Shown: positions 39,699-47,694 of the stretch, piece by piece
Position numbering within the stretch: position 1 is the first letter of the stretch
How the letters are laid out: every line of letters starts with the position of its first letter
Assembly: GCA_964202905.1 (NCBI GenBank)
Contig: CAXNJO010000002.1
Span: 480,001-544,000, forward strand
Direction of reading: 5' to 3'
Source of the DNA: Polyangiales bacterium
GTDB taxonomy: Bacteria > Myxococcota_A > Polyangia > Polyangiales > JADJQN01
Length of the DNA: 64,000 bases
Notes under the pieces: generated by a model
Database searches by the model: none
Told to the model about the DNA's origin: nothing
Seen by the model: the letters and a program-made list of their open reading frames with translations, nothing else
Program-made: the position numbers and the translations under genes

Positions 39699-39767
39699 AG
39701 GCTCCGAATGCTCGCCCTTTGTGCTCCACCCCGGGACGGCTTCTCTGCGCTCGCAGCGTCCCATCGG

Positions 39768-40904
39768 TCACCCGCTCCCATCCCGCCCGGCCAGCGTGTA
39801 GACCGCGTTCTTCCGCGCCCCGCGTTTGGCGAGCACTCCGTCGCCGACCAGCTTCTGCAGCCGTCGCTGCACGGTGCGAAGGGGCGGCGCGTTCTTCCCG
39901 AGCCCCGCCACGATCGCCGCGCTGCCCGCCTGGCCGAGCCGCTCGACCACCTCGTACAGGTGCGCGTCGAGCGCGTCGGGTGGCGCGACGACCTTCCAGG
40001 GCAGGTGCTCCTCGTTGTCCCGCACGCGCCCGAGCGCCTCGAGCCGCTCCCAGAGCACGCGCAGCAGCGCCGAGGTGAACAGCTCGAAGTACTTCGTGAG
40101 GTCACCCTCGTCGGTCTCGAGCAGATTGATCCGCGCCGTGTCGAGAAGCTCGTGCTGCGCCACCGTCGCCTCGGTCAGCATCAAGAGTCCGTTGGCGTCG
40201 ACGTGTCCGGCGCGTAGCTCGTGGTGGAGGACGACGCTGACGGAACGCCAGCCGGGATACAGCAGCTTCAGCCCCCAGTAGAACGTCGCGGCTCGCAGCA
40301 CGGCCGACTTGGACACGAGCGGGTCCTGGTTCGTCCAGTCGAACATCGCCTTTTCCGATGGCGGCACTTTGCTCGCGTCCTTGTTCAGGTCGAGGAGCTT
40401 GCCCCGCTCACGCCTCGAATACGCCAGCCAACGCGCCTCCCTCAGACTGGGCGTGCCCTGGCTGGCGCGCTCGTACGCCATCGCTAGCTCCGGCGTGAGC
40501 CGGTTGTCGGAGCTACCTCGCGCTGTCGAGTAGTGGGCGAGCGCATCCTCGACGATCGCCGCGCGACGGATCGCCTCGGCGATGGGCTCGCGCTTGTCGA
40601 CGAGGCGCGCGCCACCAAGCACGGCCTCGACCTCTTCGAGCTTCACGCTCCGAAAGCTGCCGCCGACGACCCAGATGATCCGCATGAGCTTGGCCCGCGC
40701 CTCCAGCTCCTTGCGCCGGTAGTACGAGAGCGGGGCCGCCGTCATCTGGCCCGCGGCGTCAGCGATGCGGACGAGGCTGTCGACGAGGTTGGGCGTGATG
40801 GTGTACCGCCAGGGCTGCGGCGGCAGCTCGGTCAGCCGCGTGAGGAGGCGGACTTCCTCCTCCGAGAGGGTGGACGGAAGGCGTCGATCGCGCGGGCGTG
40901 TCAC
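39768..40904 (-). CDS. Fic-like protein with degenerate catalytic motif and C-terminal winged HTH
   Basis: YTITPNLV..LEEVEAVLGG resembles Fic N-termini; VLRAATFYWGLKLLYPGWR lies where HPFxDGNGR is expected; GDLTKYFELF; PLRTVQRRLQKLV..GVL.KRG..KNAVY. Confidence 0.65.
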   Translation of the reverse strand: MTRPRDRRLPSTLSEEEVRLLTRLTELPPQPWRYTITPNLVDSLVRIADAAGQMTAAPLSYYRRKELEARAKLMRIIWVVGGSFRSVKLEEVEAVLGGARLVDKREPIAEAIRRAAIVEDALAHYSTARGSSDNRLTPELAMAYERASQGTPSLREARWLAYSRRERGKLLDLNKDASKVPPSEKAMFDWTNQDPLVSKSAVLRAATFYWGLKLLYPGWRSVSVVLHHELRAGHVDANGLLMLTEATVAQHELLDTARINLLETDEGDLTKYFELFTSALLRVLWERLEALGRVRDNEEHLPWKVVAPPDALDAHLYEVVERLGQAGSAAIVAGLGKNAPPLRTVQRRLQKLVGDGVLAKRGARKNAVYTLAGRDGSG

Positions 40905-41767
40905 CGCTCCCTCCGCTTCGTCGCCCGCTTCACGCGCGCCACGGCCTTCTTCAACCCCACGTCCTTCGGGTTGGAGAGATCTGCGACCACCGCGGTGACG
41001 GGGAGCTTGTTCCCGCGAGGCCCGAGAACGTCTCGGTAGACCTCCTCATCCTTTCGAAGGCGCGCGACGTCCTCGAGGACAGCATCGGCAGCGCGCCGAT
41101 CCGCGTCGGAGCGCACGTTCACGACGACGAACTGGGCGCGCTCGATTCCGGCGTAGCCGTCCTCGAGAGCCCAGTGCTCGGTGGGCGCCGGAGGCTTCGC
41201 GCGACGGACGTCGCCGAGCTTCGACTTCATCGAGCGACGCAGATCGTCGAGGACGCGTGGCTGCTTGAGCGCCATCGCCACGAGCGGCTCACCGAGCCCG
41301 CCGCCGAGGAGTCGCGCGAGCGCTTCCGGACTCTCGAGCGCCTCGGCGAAGTGCTCGATCGAGGCCTGGTGCGAAGCGGCGTGGTCGCGAACGACCCGAC
41401 GGAGCAGCGAGTGCCCCTTGGAGGGTACGGGCGCGACGAACACGGAGAGGTCGACGTAGTCGATGGGGCAGTCCCCTTCGATGAACACGGCCTCCGAGTA
41501 GTCCTGCATGAACGCGCTCGTGAAGAACGCATCCACGCTCGGCTCAGCGAATCGGTAGAGCGCCACGGCGCTCGCACCGGCGTCGCGGTAGCGACGAAGC
41601 TCGGCGTGGGTTTTCGGCGCAGACTCCTGCTCCTTGCGCAGCTTCGGGTCTCGCTCTGCCCGAACGCAGATGGCGAACGCGACCTCGGCGTCGAGCAGTC
41701 GCTCGACGAACGTCGTCTTACCCGCGCCGACGGGGCCCGCGGCGTGGATCAGCGCACGCTCCCTCAC
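40901..41767 (-). CDS. P-loop NTPase (MobB/G3E-GTPase-like)
   Basis: N-terminal Walker A GPVGAGKTT; Walker B-like AVFIEGD; GTGA overlaps at both ends. Confidence 0.7.
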   Translation of the reverse strand: MRERALIHAAGPVGAGKTTFVERLLDAEVAFAICVRAERDPKLRKEQESAPKTHAELRRYRDAGASAVALYRFAEPSVDAFFTSAFMQDYSEAVFIEGDCPIDYVDLSVFVAPVPSKGHSLLRRVVRDHAASHQASIEHFAEALESPEALARLLGGGLGEPLVAMALKQPRVLDDLRRSMKSKLGDVRRAKPPAPTEHWALEDGYAGIERAQFVVVNVRSDADRRAADAVLEDVARLRKDEEVYRDVLGPRGNKLPVTAVVADLSNPKDVGLKKAVARVKRATKRRER

Positions 41768-42972
41768 AGCCCCAACTCCCGGCCGAGCACCTTCGTCACG
41801 AAGCGTTCGCCCGCGCCTTCTGCGGCCACCAGCTTGCGCACGCGCTCCCGCACCTCGACCGCGCTGCCGTGGCGCTCCGCGGCCGCGAGCGTCGCGCGGT
41901 AGGCGTCCCACACGTCGACGCTCGTGATCTCGTAGCCGTAGCCCTGCACGAGCCAGTACAGCGACAGCAGCCCCGCAGAGGCCGCGAAGGCCGGCTGCTT
42001 CTCGGTGTAGTCCCGTGCGGCGCGCGCGAGCGTCTTCGGATCACAGGGCGTGCGGCTCGCGAGGGCGAGCGCCTCGTCGTACAGCCCCGCGTCCTTTGCG
42101 GCCGCGAACCACTTGCCCTCGTCACCGGGCGTGGTCTTCACGAGGTCCGCGAGGACTTCACCCGCCGCCTTGTGCGGGTACTTTTTCGAGACGGCGCGGA
42201 ACGTCGCGAGGTACGTGCCGCCCTGGTTCGCGCGCACGCCATACCGGGCGTAGGCCTCGTCAGCCATGCCCGACGAGAGGAGGATTTCCTCGCACACCGA
42301 GTCGACCTCGTGGTCGCTCGCCCATGGGCTTCGGCAGGACTCGGCGTAACGAAGCGCCTCGGCTTTCTTGCCGCTCGCTGCCATCGCCCGCACGGCCCAA
42401 TGCTTGTACGGCCAGATCGTATCGACGCGCAGCAGGTCGATGAGCTCGTCGAAGCGCTCGGCGCGGTAGAGCGCGCTCAAGCACGCCGAGGTCCCGTGGA
42501 AGTGGCCGCGCAGGGTCTTGTCCGGGCTCAGCGCCATGCGCGTGATGCCGACGAGCTTGTCCGCCCACGCGGACGCGACCTCCTTCGACGCGCACAGCTC
42601 GCCCCAATGATCGGCGAGCCGTTCGATGTACGGGATCTGATCGGCTTGATGCGCCTCGAACAGCCGCTCGAGCCAGGCGTCGCGCGTCTTCGCGTCGGCC
42701 GGCGCGCTGGCGATGATCGGCACCAGCTCCCCGATGGTGTTGCCAACCGCCGTACCGATGGAGCCCGACGAGCTGTCGACGTGCTCGAGCGCGGGCGACA
42801 CGCGCTCGAGGAATGCGATGGCCCCCTCGGCGGCGAGCACGGGGTCCTTCTTGGCGACCTTCTTGATCTCGGCGACGGCCTGCTTGATGCGCGTGATGGC
42901 CGGCTGCGATTTCCAGCCGAACGCATGCCGGCGGAAGCGCGCCTTGAACTCCCACTTGTGCGCCTCAGCCAT
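41764..42972 (-). CDS. Alpha-helical (TPR-like) hypothetical protein
   Basis: 402 aa; ATG overlaps the yhcG end; helical-repeat composition (KWEFKARFRRHAFGW..VDSSSG..GKWFAAAK). Confidence 0.8.
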   Translation of the reverse strand: MAEAHKWEFKARFRRHAFGWKSQPAITRIKQAVAEIKKVAKKDPVLAAEGAIAFLERVSPALEHVDSSSGSIGTAVGNTIGELVPIIASAPADAKTRDAWLERLFEAHQADQIPYIERLADHWGELCASKEVASAWADKLVGITRMALSPDKTLRGHFHGTSACLSALYRAERFDELIDLLRVDTIWPYKHWAVRAMAASGKKAEALRYAESCRSPWASDHEVDSVCEEILLSSGMADEAYARYGVRANQGGTYLATFRAVSKKYPHKAAGEVLADLVKTTPGDEGKWFAAAKDAGLYDEALALASRTPCDPKTLARAARDYTEKQPAFAASAGLLSLYWLVQGYGYEITSVDVWDAYRATLAAAERHGSAVEVRERVRKLVAAEGAGERFVTKVLGRELGL

Positions 42973-44281
42973 CGCCGGGAACCTTCGCATCCGCCGCGAG
43001 CCGCAGCGAGCGCTCCGCAGCCTCACGCTCGCGGGCCAGCTCGGCGCGTAGCTCCTCCTCCGTGGGCAGGTACATCTGGTAGCGCGCGGCGAGGATCTGC
43101 TCGTTGTTCTCGGGCAGGGTGATCTTCGCCATCGCGTCGTTCTTCTCGGAGCAGAGGACGATGCCGATCGTCTTCGCCTCGTGCTCCGCGCGCTGGAAGC
43201 GGTCGAAGAAGTTCACGTACATCTGCATCTGCCCGAGGTCCTGGTGCGTGAGCTTGCCGAGCTTGAGATCGACGAGCACGAAGCAGCGGAGCAGGCGGTT
43301 GTAGAAGACGAGGTCGACGTAGAAGTGATCACCCTCGAGCGTCACGCGCTTCTGCCGCGCGACGAAGCAGAAGCCCTTGCCCAGCTCGAGGAGGAAGCCC
43401 TCGATGCGATCGATGATGGCCTGCTCGAGATCGCGCTCGCGCCAGTGAGACCGCTCGTCGAGCCCGAGGAACTCGAGCACGAAGGGATCCTTCAGCACGT
43501 CGGCGGGCACCTCGACTTCGTGTCCGCGCCGCGCGAGCGCGAGGACCTTCTCCTTGTCGCGGCTCTTCGCGAGCCGCTCGAAGAGGAGCGACGCGATCTG
43601 CCGCTCCAGCTCGCGGCTGGCCCAGCTCTCGCGCGCGGCCTCGATCTCGTAGAACGCGCGCGCCGTCGGGTTCGCGACCCGCATGAGGAGCAGGTAGTGC
43701 GTCCACCCGAGGTACGGCGGAAAGGGCGCGGGCCCGCCCGCAGTTTCGGTCAGCGCCGCTGTCCGGATGCCTCTGCGCGATTCGCTAGGCACTGCCGAGC
43801 GAATCTTCGACGACGCCGAAACGCTAGGCAGCGCCGAGCGTTTCTCGGGGCGACTCGCGGCGCCGCCAAGCGCCCCGGGCAGCGCCGACCCCTCGGGGTA
43901 CGTGAGGTAGAACTGCCGCATGTTGCGCAGGTTCGGGACGCTGAAGCCCTTGCCGACTCGACCCGCCAGACGCTTCGCGAGCCCCTCGATCACGCGCGCG
44001 CCATAGCCCGCGCGCTTCTCGCCGTGCTGCTCCACCTCGACGATCTCGCGCCCGATGAGCCAGTACGCCTGCACCGTCGCCGTGTTGACCGAGCGCGCGA
44101 CGTGACCGCGCGCCGCCTCGATGATGTCGACGACACGAGCGAAGAGCGCGTCCTCGTGGCGCGCGGTCGCTGGCTTCGTCGCCGCGACGGCCTTCTTGCG
44201 AGGCGGCTTCTTCACGACGCCACCGAGCACGCGCTGCCTGCGCGCCTGGTGTTCTTCCGGTGCTGGACGGTGCTCGCTCAT
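42965..44281 (-). CDS. yhcG: YhcG/DUF1016 PD-(D/E)XK nuclease family protein
   Basis: YWLIGREIVE, GFSVPNLRNMRQFY, LGWTHY, LKDPFVLEFL, LLELGKGFCFVARQKR, VDLVFY..VLVDLK, GQMQMY. Confidence 0.95.
   Translation of the reverse strand: MSEHRPAPEEHQARRQRVLGGVVKKPPRKKAVAATKPATARHEDALFARVVDIIEAARGHVARSVNTATVQAYWLIGREIVEVEQHGEKRAGYGARVIEGLAKRLAGRVGKGFSVPNLRNMRQFYLTYPEGSALPGALGGAASRPEKRSALPSVSASSKIRSAVPSESRRGIRTAALTETAGGPAPFPPYLGWTHYLLLMRVANPTARAFYEIEAARESWASRELERQIASLLFERLAKSRDKEKVLALARRGHEVEVPADVLKDPFVLEFLGLDERSHWRERDLEQAIIDRIEGFLLELGKGFCFVARQKRVTLEGDHFYVDLVFYNRLLRCFVLVDLKLGKLTHQDLGQMQMYVNFFDRFQRAEHEAKTIGIVLCSEKNDAMAKITLPENNEQILAARYQMYLPTEEELRAELAREREAAERSLRLAADAKVPGDG
43742..43844. repeat. In-frame palindromic repeats in the yhcG linker
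   Basis: GATTCGCT-N11-AGCGAATC (43779-43805) and GAAACGCT-N11-AGCGTTTC (43818-43844), 39 bp apart; a weaker third copy near 43742. Confidence 0.75.
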
Positions 44282-44375
44282 GCTCTGGTGACCCGATGGA
44301 GGAGGCCCCGCGCAAGTCCCCGAAAGTCCAAGCGTTGGGCGTCGCTGCGCTCTTTGTTTCTCTCTGTTCGGCGAC

Positions 44376-44405
44376 TTTATACGCCACCATGGTGGCGGAC
44401 ACCAA
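44376..44405 (-). promoter_or_regulatory. Putative yhcG-operon promoter with a palindromic operator
   Basis: Minus-strand TATAAA at 44376-44381 next to the perfect 16-bp palindrome CGCCACCATGGTGGCG (44382-44397). Confidence 0.5.
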
Positions 44406-44482
44406 ACGGAAAGAGCGCGAGCGACGTGGCGGCGGGGACCTCGCGCGCGACGACGGAGAGCGCGTCGGCGCTCTCGCGGCGG

Positions 44483-44779
44483 TGGCCAGTTAAACGTTCG
44501 CCGCCCCGTCCCGCCCGAAGGGGCCGAGCTGTTAAACGCTCTCGGTCTCTCTCTCCCCGGTGGCCAGCACTCGACGCCAAAACGCCGCCCCGCGCGGGAG
44601 AAACGAGCGCACGCGAGCGCGCTCTTCGCTCTCTGCTTGAACGCTGTCCACGCGCGCGGCGCGCTCGTCGAACGCGCAAAGCCGCGGAACTGTCGGGGAG
44701 AAAAAGAAGCGGCCTCGAGGATCTCTCCGCGAGGCCGCTGTTCACTGTCCGGTCGTCGAAGTTCGCACGACCGATGAAA
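44483..44779. repeat. Conserved element end, copy 2 (downstream of tRNA-Asn)
   Basis: Diverged direct repeat of 39261-39565, offset about 5.22 kb. Confidence 0.9.
44700..44739 (-). terminator. Rho-independent terminator of tRNA-Asn
   Basis: AGCGGCCTCG/CGAGGCCGCT stem followed on the minus strand by TCTTTTTC. Confidence 0.75.
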
Positions 44780-44855
44780 TGGCTCCGAGACCTGGACTCG
44801 AACCAGGGACCATTCGGTTAACAGCCGAACGCTCTACCAACTGAGCTATCTCGGA
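44780..44855 (-). tRNA. tRNA-Asn (GTT)
   Basis: TCCGAGATAGCTCAGTTGGTAGAGCGTTCGGCTGTTAACCGAATGGTCCCTGGTTCGAGTCCAGGTCTCGGAGCCA: 76-nt cloverleaf with encoded CCA. Confidence 0.98.
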
Positions 44856-44913
44856 ATGTGGGCCGCTTGTGTAGCGCGGCGCGGGGGACTGTCAAGAAGG
44901 AGGCGGTGACGGG

Positions 44914-45723
44914 TCAGGGGAGGCGCTTGACGAGGTGGAAGCCGAACTCGGTCTCGACCACGGGGCTGACCTGGCCGGGGGGGAGCGCGAAGGCCACGCG
45001 CTCGTATTCGGGGGCGAGGCGGCCGCGGCCGATGGTGCCGAGGTCGCCGCCGCGCTCGGCCGAGGCGTCGTCGCTGAGGGTGCGGGCGACCTGCGCGAAG
45101 TCGGCGCCGTCGAGGAGGGTGTTGCGGATCTCGGCGGCGCGGCGGGCGGCCTCCTCGCGCGTGCGGCGCACCTCGGGGCCCGCGTTCTTCGCGCCGCGAT
45201 ACCGCACGAGGATGTGGCGGGTGTGGACCTTCTCAACCGGACAGCGGCGCGCGAGGACGTAGCCGTAGGGCATGCGCACGACGTCGCTGAGACCGCCCAC
45301 CGGCAGCGCGAAGACGAGCGCGCGCAGACCGTCGTGGAGTGCGGGCCAATCGCTCTGACCGAAGGTGCCCATGAGCCCGCCGCGGGCGGCGCTCGTCGGC
45401 GCGTCCGACTCGGTGCGCGCGAGCGCGGTGAGGTCTTCGCCCGCCTCGACGCGCGCGCGCAGGGACTCGGCCCGCGCACGCGCCGCGCTCTCGTCGCGCG
45501 TGACCGTCGCCGGTGTGCGGTCCGCGCCCTGCCACGCGACCACGAGGATCTGCGCGCAGGCCTCGTCGTTGGCGGCGGGCGCGGCAGCGGGTGCGGGCAC
45601 GGCAGGCGGCGTCGCCGAAGGCGCAGCGACTGCGGCGCGCGATGGCTCCGCGGCGGGCTTGCATGCGGGCAGCACGACGAGCGCGAGGGCGACGAAGCGG
45701 GAGGACCGGGGCGACACGCGCAT
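44914..45723 (-). CDS. Parvulin-type peptidyl-prolyl isomerase lipoprotein (two rotamase domains)
   Basis: Lipobox LPAC; RHILV..ADFAQVARTLSDD.SAERGGDLG..AFALPPGQVSPVVETEFGFHLVK. Confidence 0.9.
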   Translation of the reverse strand: MRVSPRSSRFVALALVVLPACKPAAEPSRAAVAAPSATPPAVPAPAAAPAANDEACAQILVVAWQGADRTPATVTRDESAARARAESLRARVEAGEDLTALARTESDAPTSAARGGLMGTFGQSDWPALHDGLRALVFALPVGGLSDVVRMPYGYVLARRCPVEKVHTRHILVRYRGAKNAGPEVRRTREEAARRAAEIRNTLLDGADFAQVARTLSDDASAERGGDLGTIGRGRLAPEYERVAFALPPGQVSPVVETEFGFHLVKRLP

Positions 45724-45794
45724 GGGCGTGCAGCGTATCGCGGAGACGCTTGCGCGCCCATCGCCGGGGCTCTGCGACGCGGGTGCGCGCGCGG

Positions 45795-46526
45795 TCAGGG
45801 CGTCTCGAGCGGCGCGTCGACCTGGCCCATCTGCTCGTCGGTGGTGACGGGGAAGCGCTCGAAGTCGGCCTCCTGGACGGGGCGACAGCGGGCGCGCTGG
45901 AGCGAGCCGGCGATGGTCGCGTTGGGCGCGATGTAGAGCGTGAGCGAGACGCGCCCGCGGAAGATGAGGAAGACGTCCATCACCGTGAGCGCCGATTTGC
46001 GCCAGGTGAAGCGGCGCGTCGGCACACCGCCGGTGTCGGGGCAATCCCAATAGCCGGAGGGTCGCCCGTAGGTCTCGTTCATCGAGATGAGGTGGGGCGC
46101 GAGCGCCTCGGGCGTCGGCAACATCGAGAGGACCTGCAGCTGGACGAGGCGACCGGCCCGCCGGTCGAGCCCGTAGACGACGCTCGCGCCGTTGGGGAGG
46201 TCTTCTTTGCGGAAGAGCAGGACCGGGTCTTCGTTGCGGGGGTCGCGTGCGGAGGCCGGGCGCACTTCCTGGAGCTGCGCCTCGCTCATGCCCAGTTCGA
46301 CGCCTCGCAGGAGCGACGGCACGAGCGCGGCGGACTCCTCCCGCGCGCGATCGATGAGGCGCTGCGCGCGCGCACGCTCCTCGTCGGCATGGCGGGCATC
46401 GGCCGCGCGGCGGGCCTCCGCCTCGTGCGCCTCGGACACGCGCAGATAGACGACGGCGCCCGCGGCGAGGAGCGCGAAGGCGAGGAACGAGAGCGCGGGG
46501 ACGAGGCGGTTGCGCGGCGCGGACAC
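45795..46526 (-). CDS. Hypothetical membrane-anchored protein
   Basis: N-terminal TM helix, short coiled coil, globular domain (GVELGMSEAQL). Confidence 0.65.
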   Translation of the reverse strand: MSAPRNRLVPALSFLAFALLAAGAVVYLRVSEAHEAEARRAADARHADEERARAQRLIDRAREESAALVPSLLRGVELGMSEAQLQEVRPASARDPRNEDPVLLFRKEDLPNGASVVYGLDRRAGRLVQLQVLSMLPTPEALAPHLISMNETYGRPSGYWDCPDTGGVPTRRFTWRKSALTVMDVFLIFRGRVSLTLYIAPNATIAGSLQRARCRPVQEADFERFPVTTDEQMGQVDAPLETP

Positions 46527-46645
46527 GGGTGGGCGAGCGTAGCGCAAACGCCGCGCAGGTCGCGGTCCGCGGCGTGTCGCGGGCACACGCGACGGCACCC
46601 CGCGGGGCGCGGGATCCGATCGCGCGACGTCCGGCGGCGTGCGCT

Positions 46646-47578
46646 TCAGCGCGCGAGCACGTGGCGGAGCGCGCCCGTGAGGTCCGGGAACGCGAACGAA
46701 TACGCATGCTCGGCGAGGACCCGCGGGCGCACGTGCTGGCCGTGCAGCAGCGCCTCGTCGGCCATCGCGCCGAGCGCGGCGCGGAGCGCGAACGCCGGCA
46801 CGGGGAAGAACGCGGGGCGCGAGAGCACCGACGCGAGCGCGCGCGTGAAGTCGGCGTTCGTCGTGTGCGCGGGCGCGACGAGGTTGACCGGACCGCGCAG
46901 CGTGTCGTCGCGGAGCGCGAGCGCGAGCGCGCCGAGCACGTCGTCGATGGCGATCCAGGGGAACCCCTGACGGCCGTCGCCGAGTCGCCCGCCGGCGCCC
47001 AACCGGAAGATCGGCACGAGCCGCTCGAGCGCGCCTCCGCGCGGCGCGAGCACGACGCCGATGCGCGGGTGCACCACACGGACGCCCGCGTCACGCGCGG
47101 GCTGCGCGGCGGCCTCCCACGCCTCGCACACCTCGGCGAGGAAGCCCTCGCCGCGCGCCGCGGACTCGTCGACCTCGCGCTCGCCCGTGTCGCCGTAGAA
47201 GCCGACTGCCGACGCGCTCACGAGCACACGCGGTCCGGCGCGTCGCGCGGCGATCGCGCGCGCGAGCAGCCCCGTGCCGTCCACACGGCTGCCGCGGATG
47301 CGCGCCTTGCGCGCCGGCGTCCAGCGCCCCTCGGCGACGCTCTCGCCCGCGAGGTGCACCACGGCATCGACGCCTTCGAGCGCCTCGGCGTCGAGCTCGC
47401 CGCGCGCCGGGTCCCAGCGGATCGCCCCCGTGGGAGACGCGCCGCCGCCACGCACGAAGGGCAGCACCGTGTAGCCACGCTCGGCGAGGTGGGCGCGCAA
47501 CGCGGTGCCGATCAACCCGCTCGCGCCGGTGATGGCGACCCGCCCCGCTTCCTGCTTCCGATCTTGCGCATCACTCAT
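46646..47578 (-). CDS. TIGR01777 family oxidoreductase (YfcH-like)
   Basis: ITGASGLIG, HLAGESVA..RWT, SASAVGFYG, GFLAEVCEAWE, GDGRQGFPWI. Confidence 0.93.
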   Translation of the reverse strand: MSDAQDRKQEAGRVAITGASGLIGTALRAHLAERGYTVLPFVRGGGASPTGAIRWDPARGELDAEALEGVDAVVHLAGESVAEGRWTPARKARIRGSRVDGTGLLARAIAARRAGPRVLVSASAVGFYGDTGEREVDESAARGEGFLAEVCEAWEAAAQPARDAGVRVVHPRIGVVLAPRGGALERLVPIFRLGAGGRLGDGRQGFPWIAIDDVLGALALALRDDTLRGPVNLVAPAHTTNADFTRALASVLSRPAFFPVPAFALRAALGAMADEALLHGQHVRPRVLAEHAYSFAFPDLTGALRHVLAR

Positions 47579-47694
47579 CGCTACCTGCCTTCCGCGCCAC
47601 GACGTGCGCGCGGCGTCGGGCCGCGCAAACCCCCGAAAACATACGTCCTGCGCGCGGTGGCCCGGCGCACCCGCTTCGTGTAGCTTCCGGCCCC

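Larger units (their letters stand above)
39614..44779. mobile_element. tRNA-Asn-integrated element A (proximal, ~5.2 kb, no integrase gene)
   Basis: Bounded by the intact tRNA and its degenerate 3'-half copy; contains a single four-gene operon. Confidence 0.75.
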
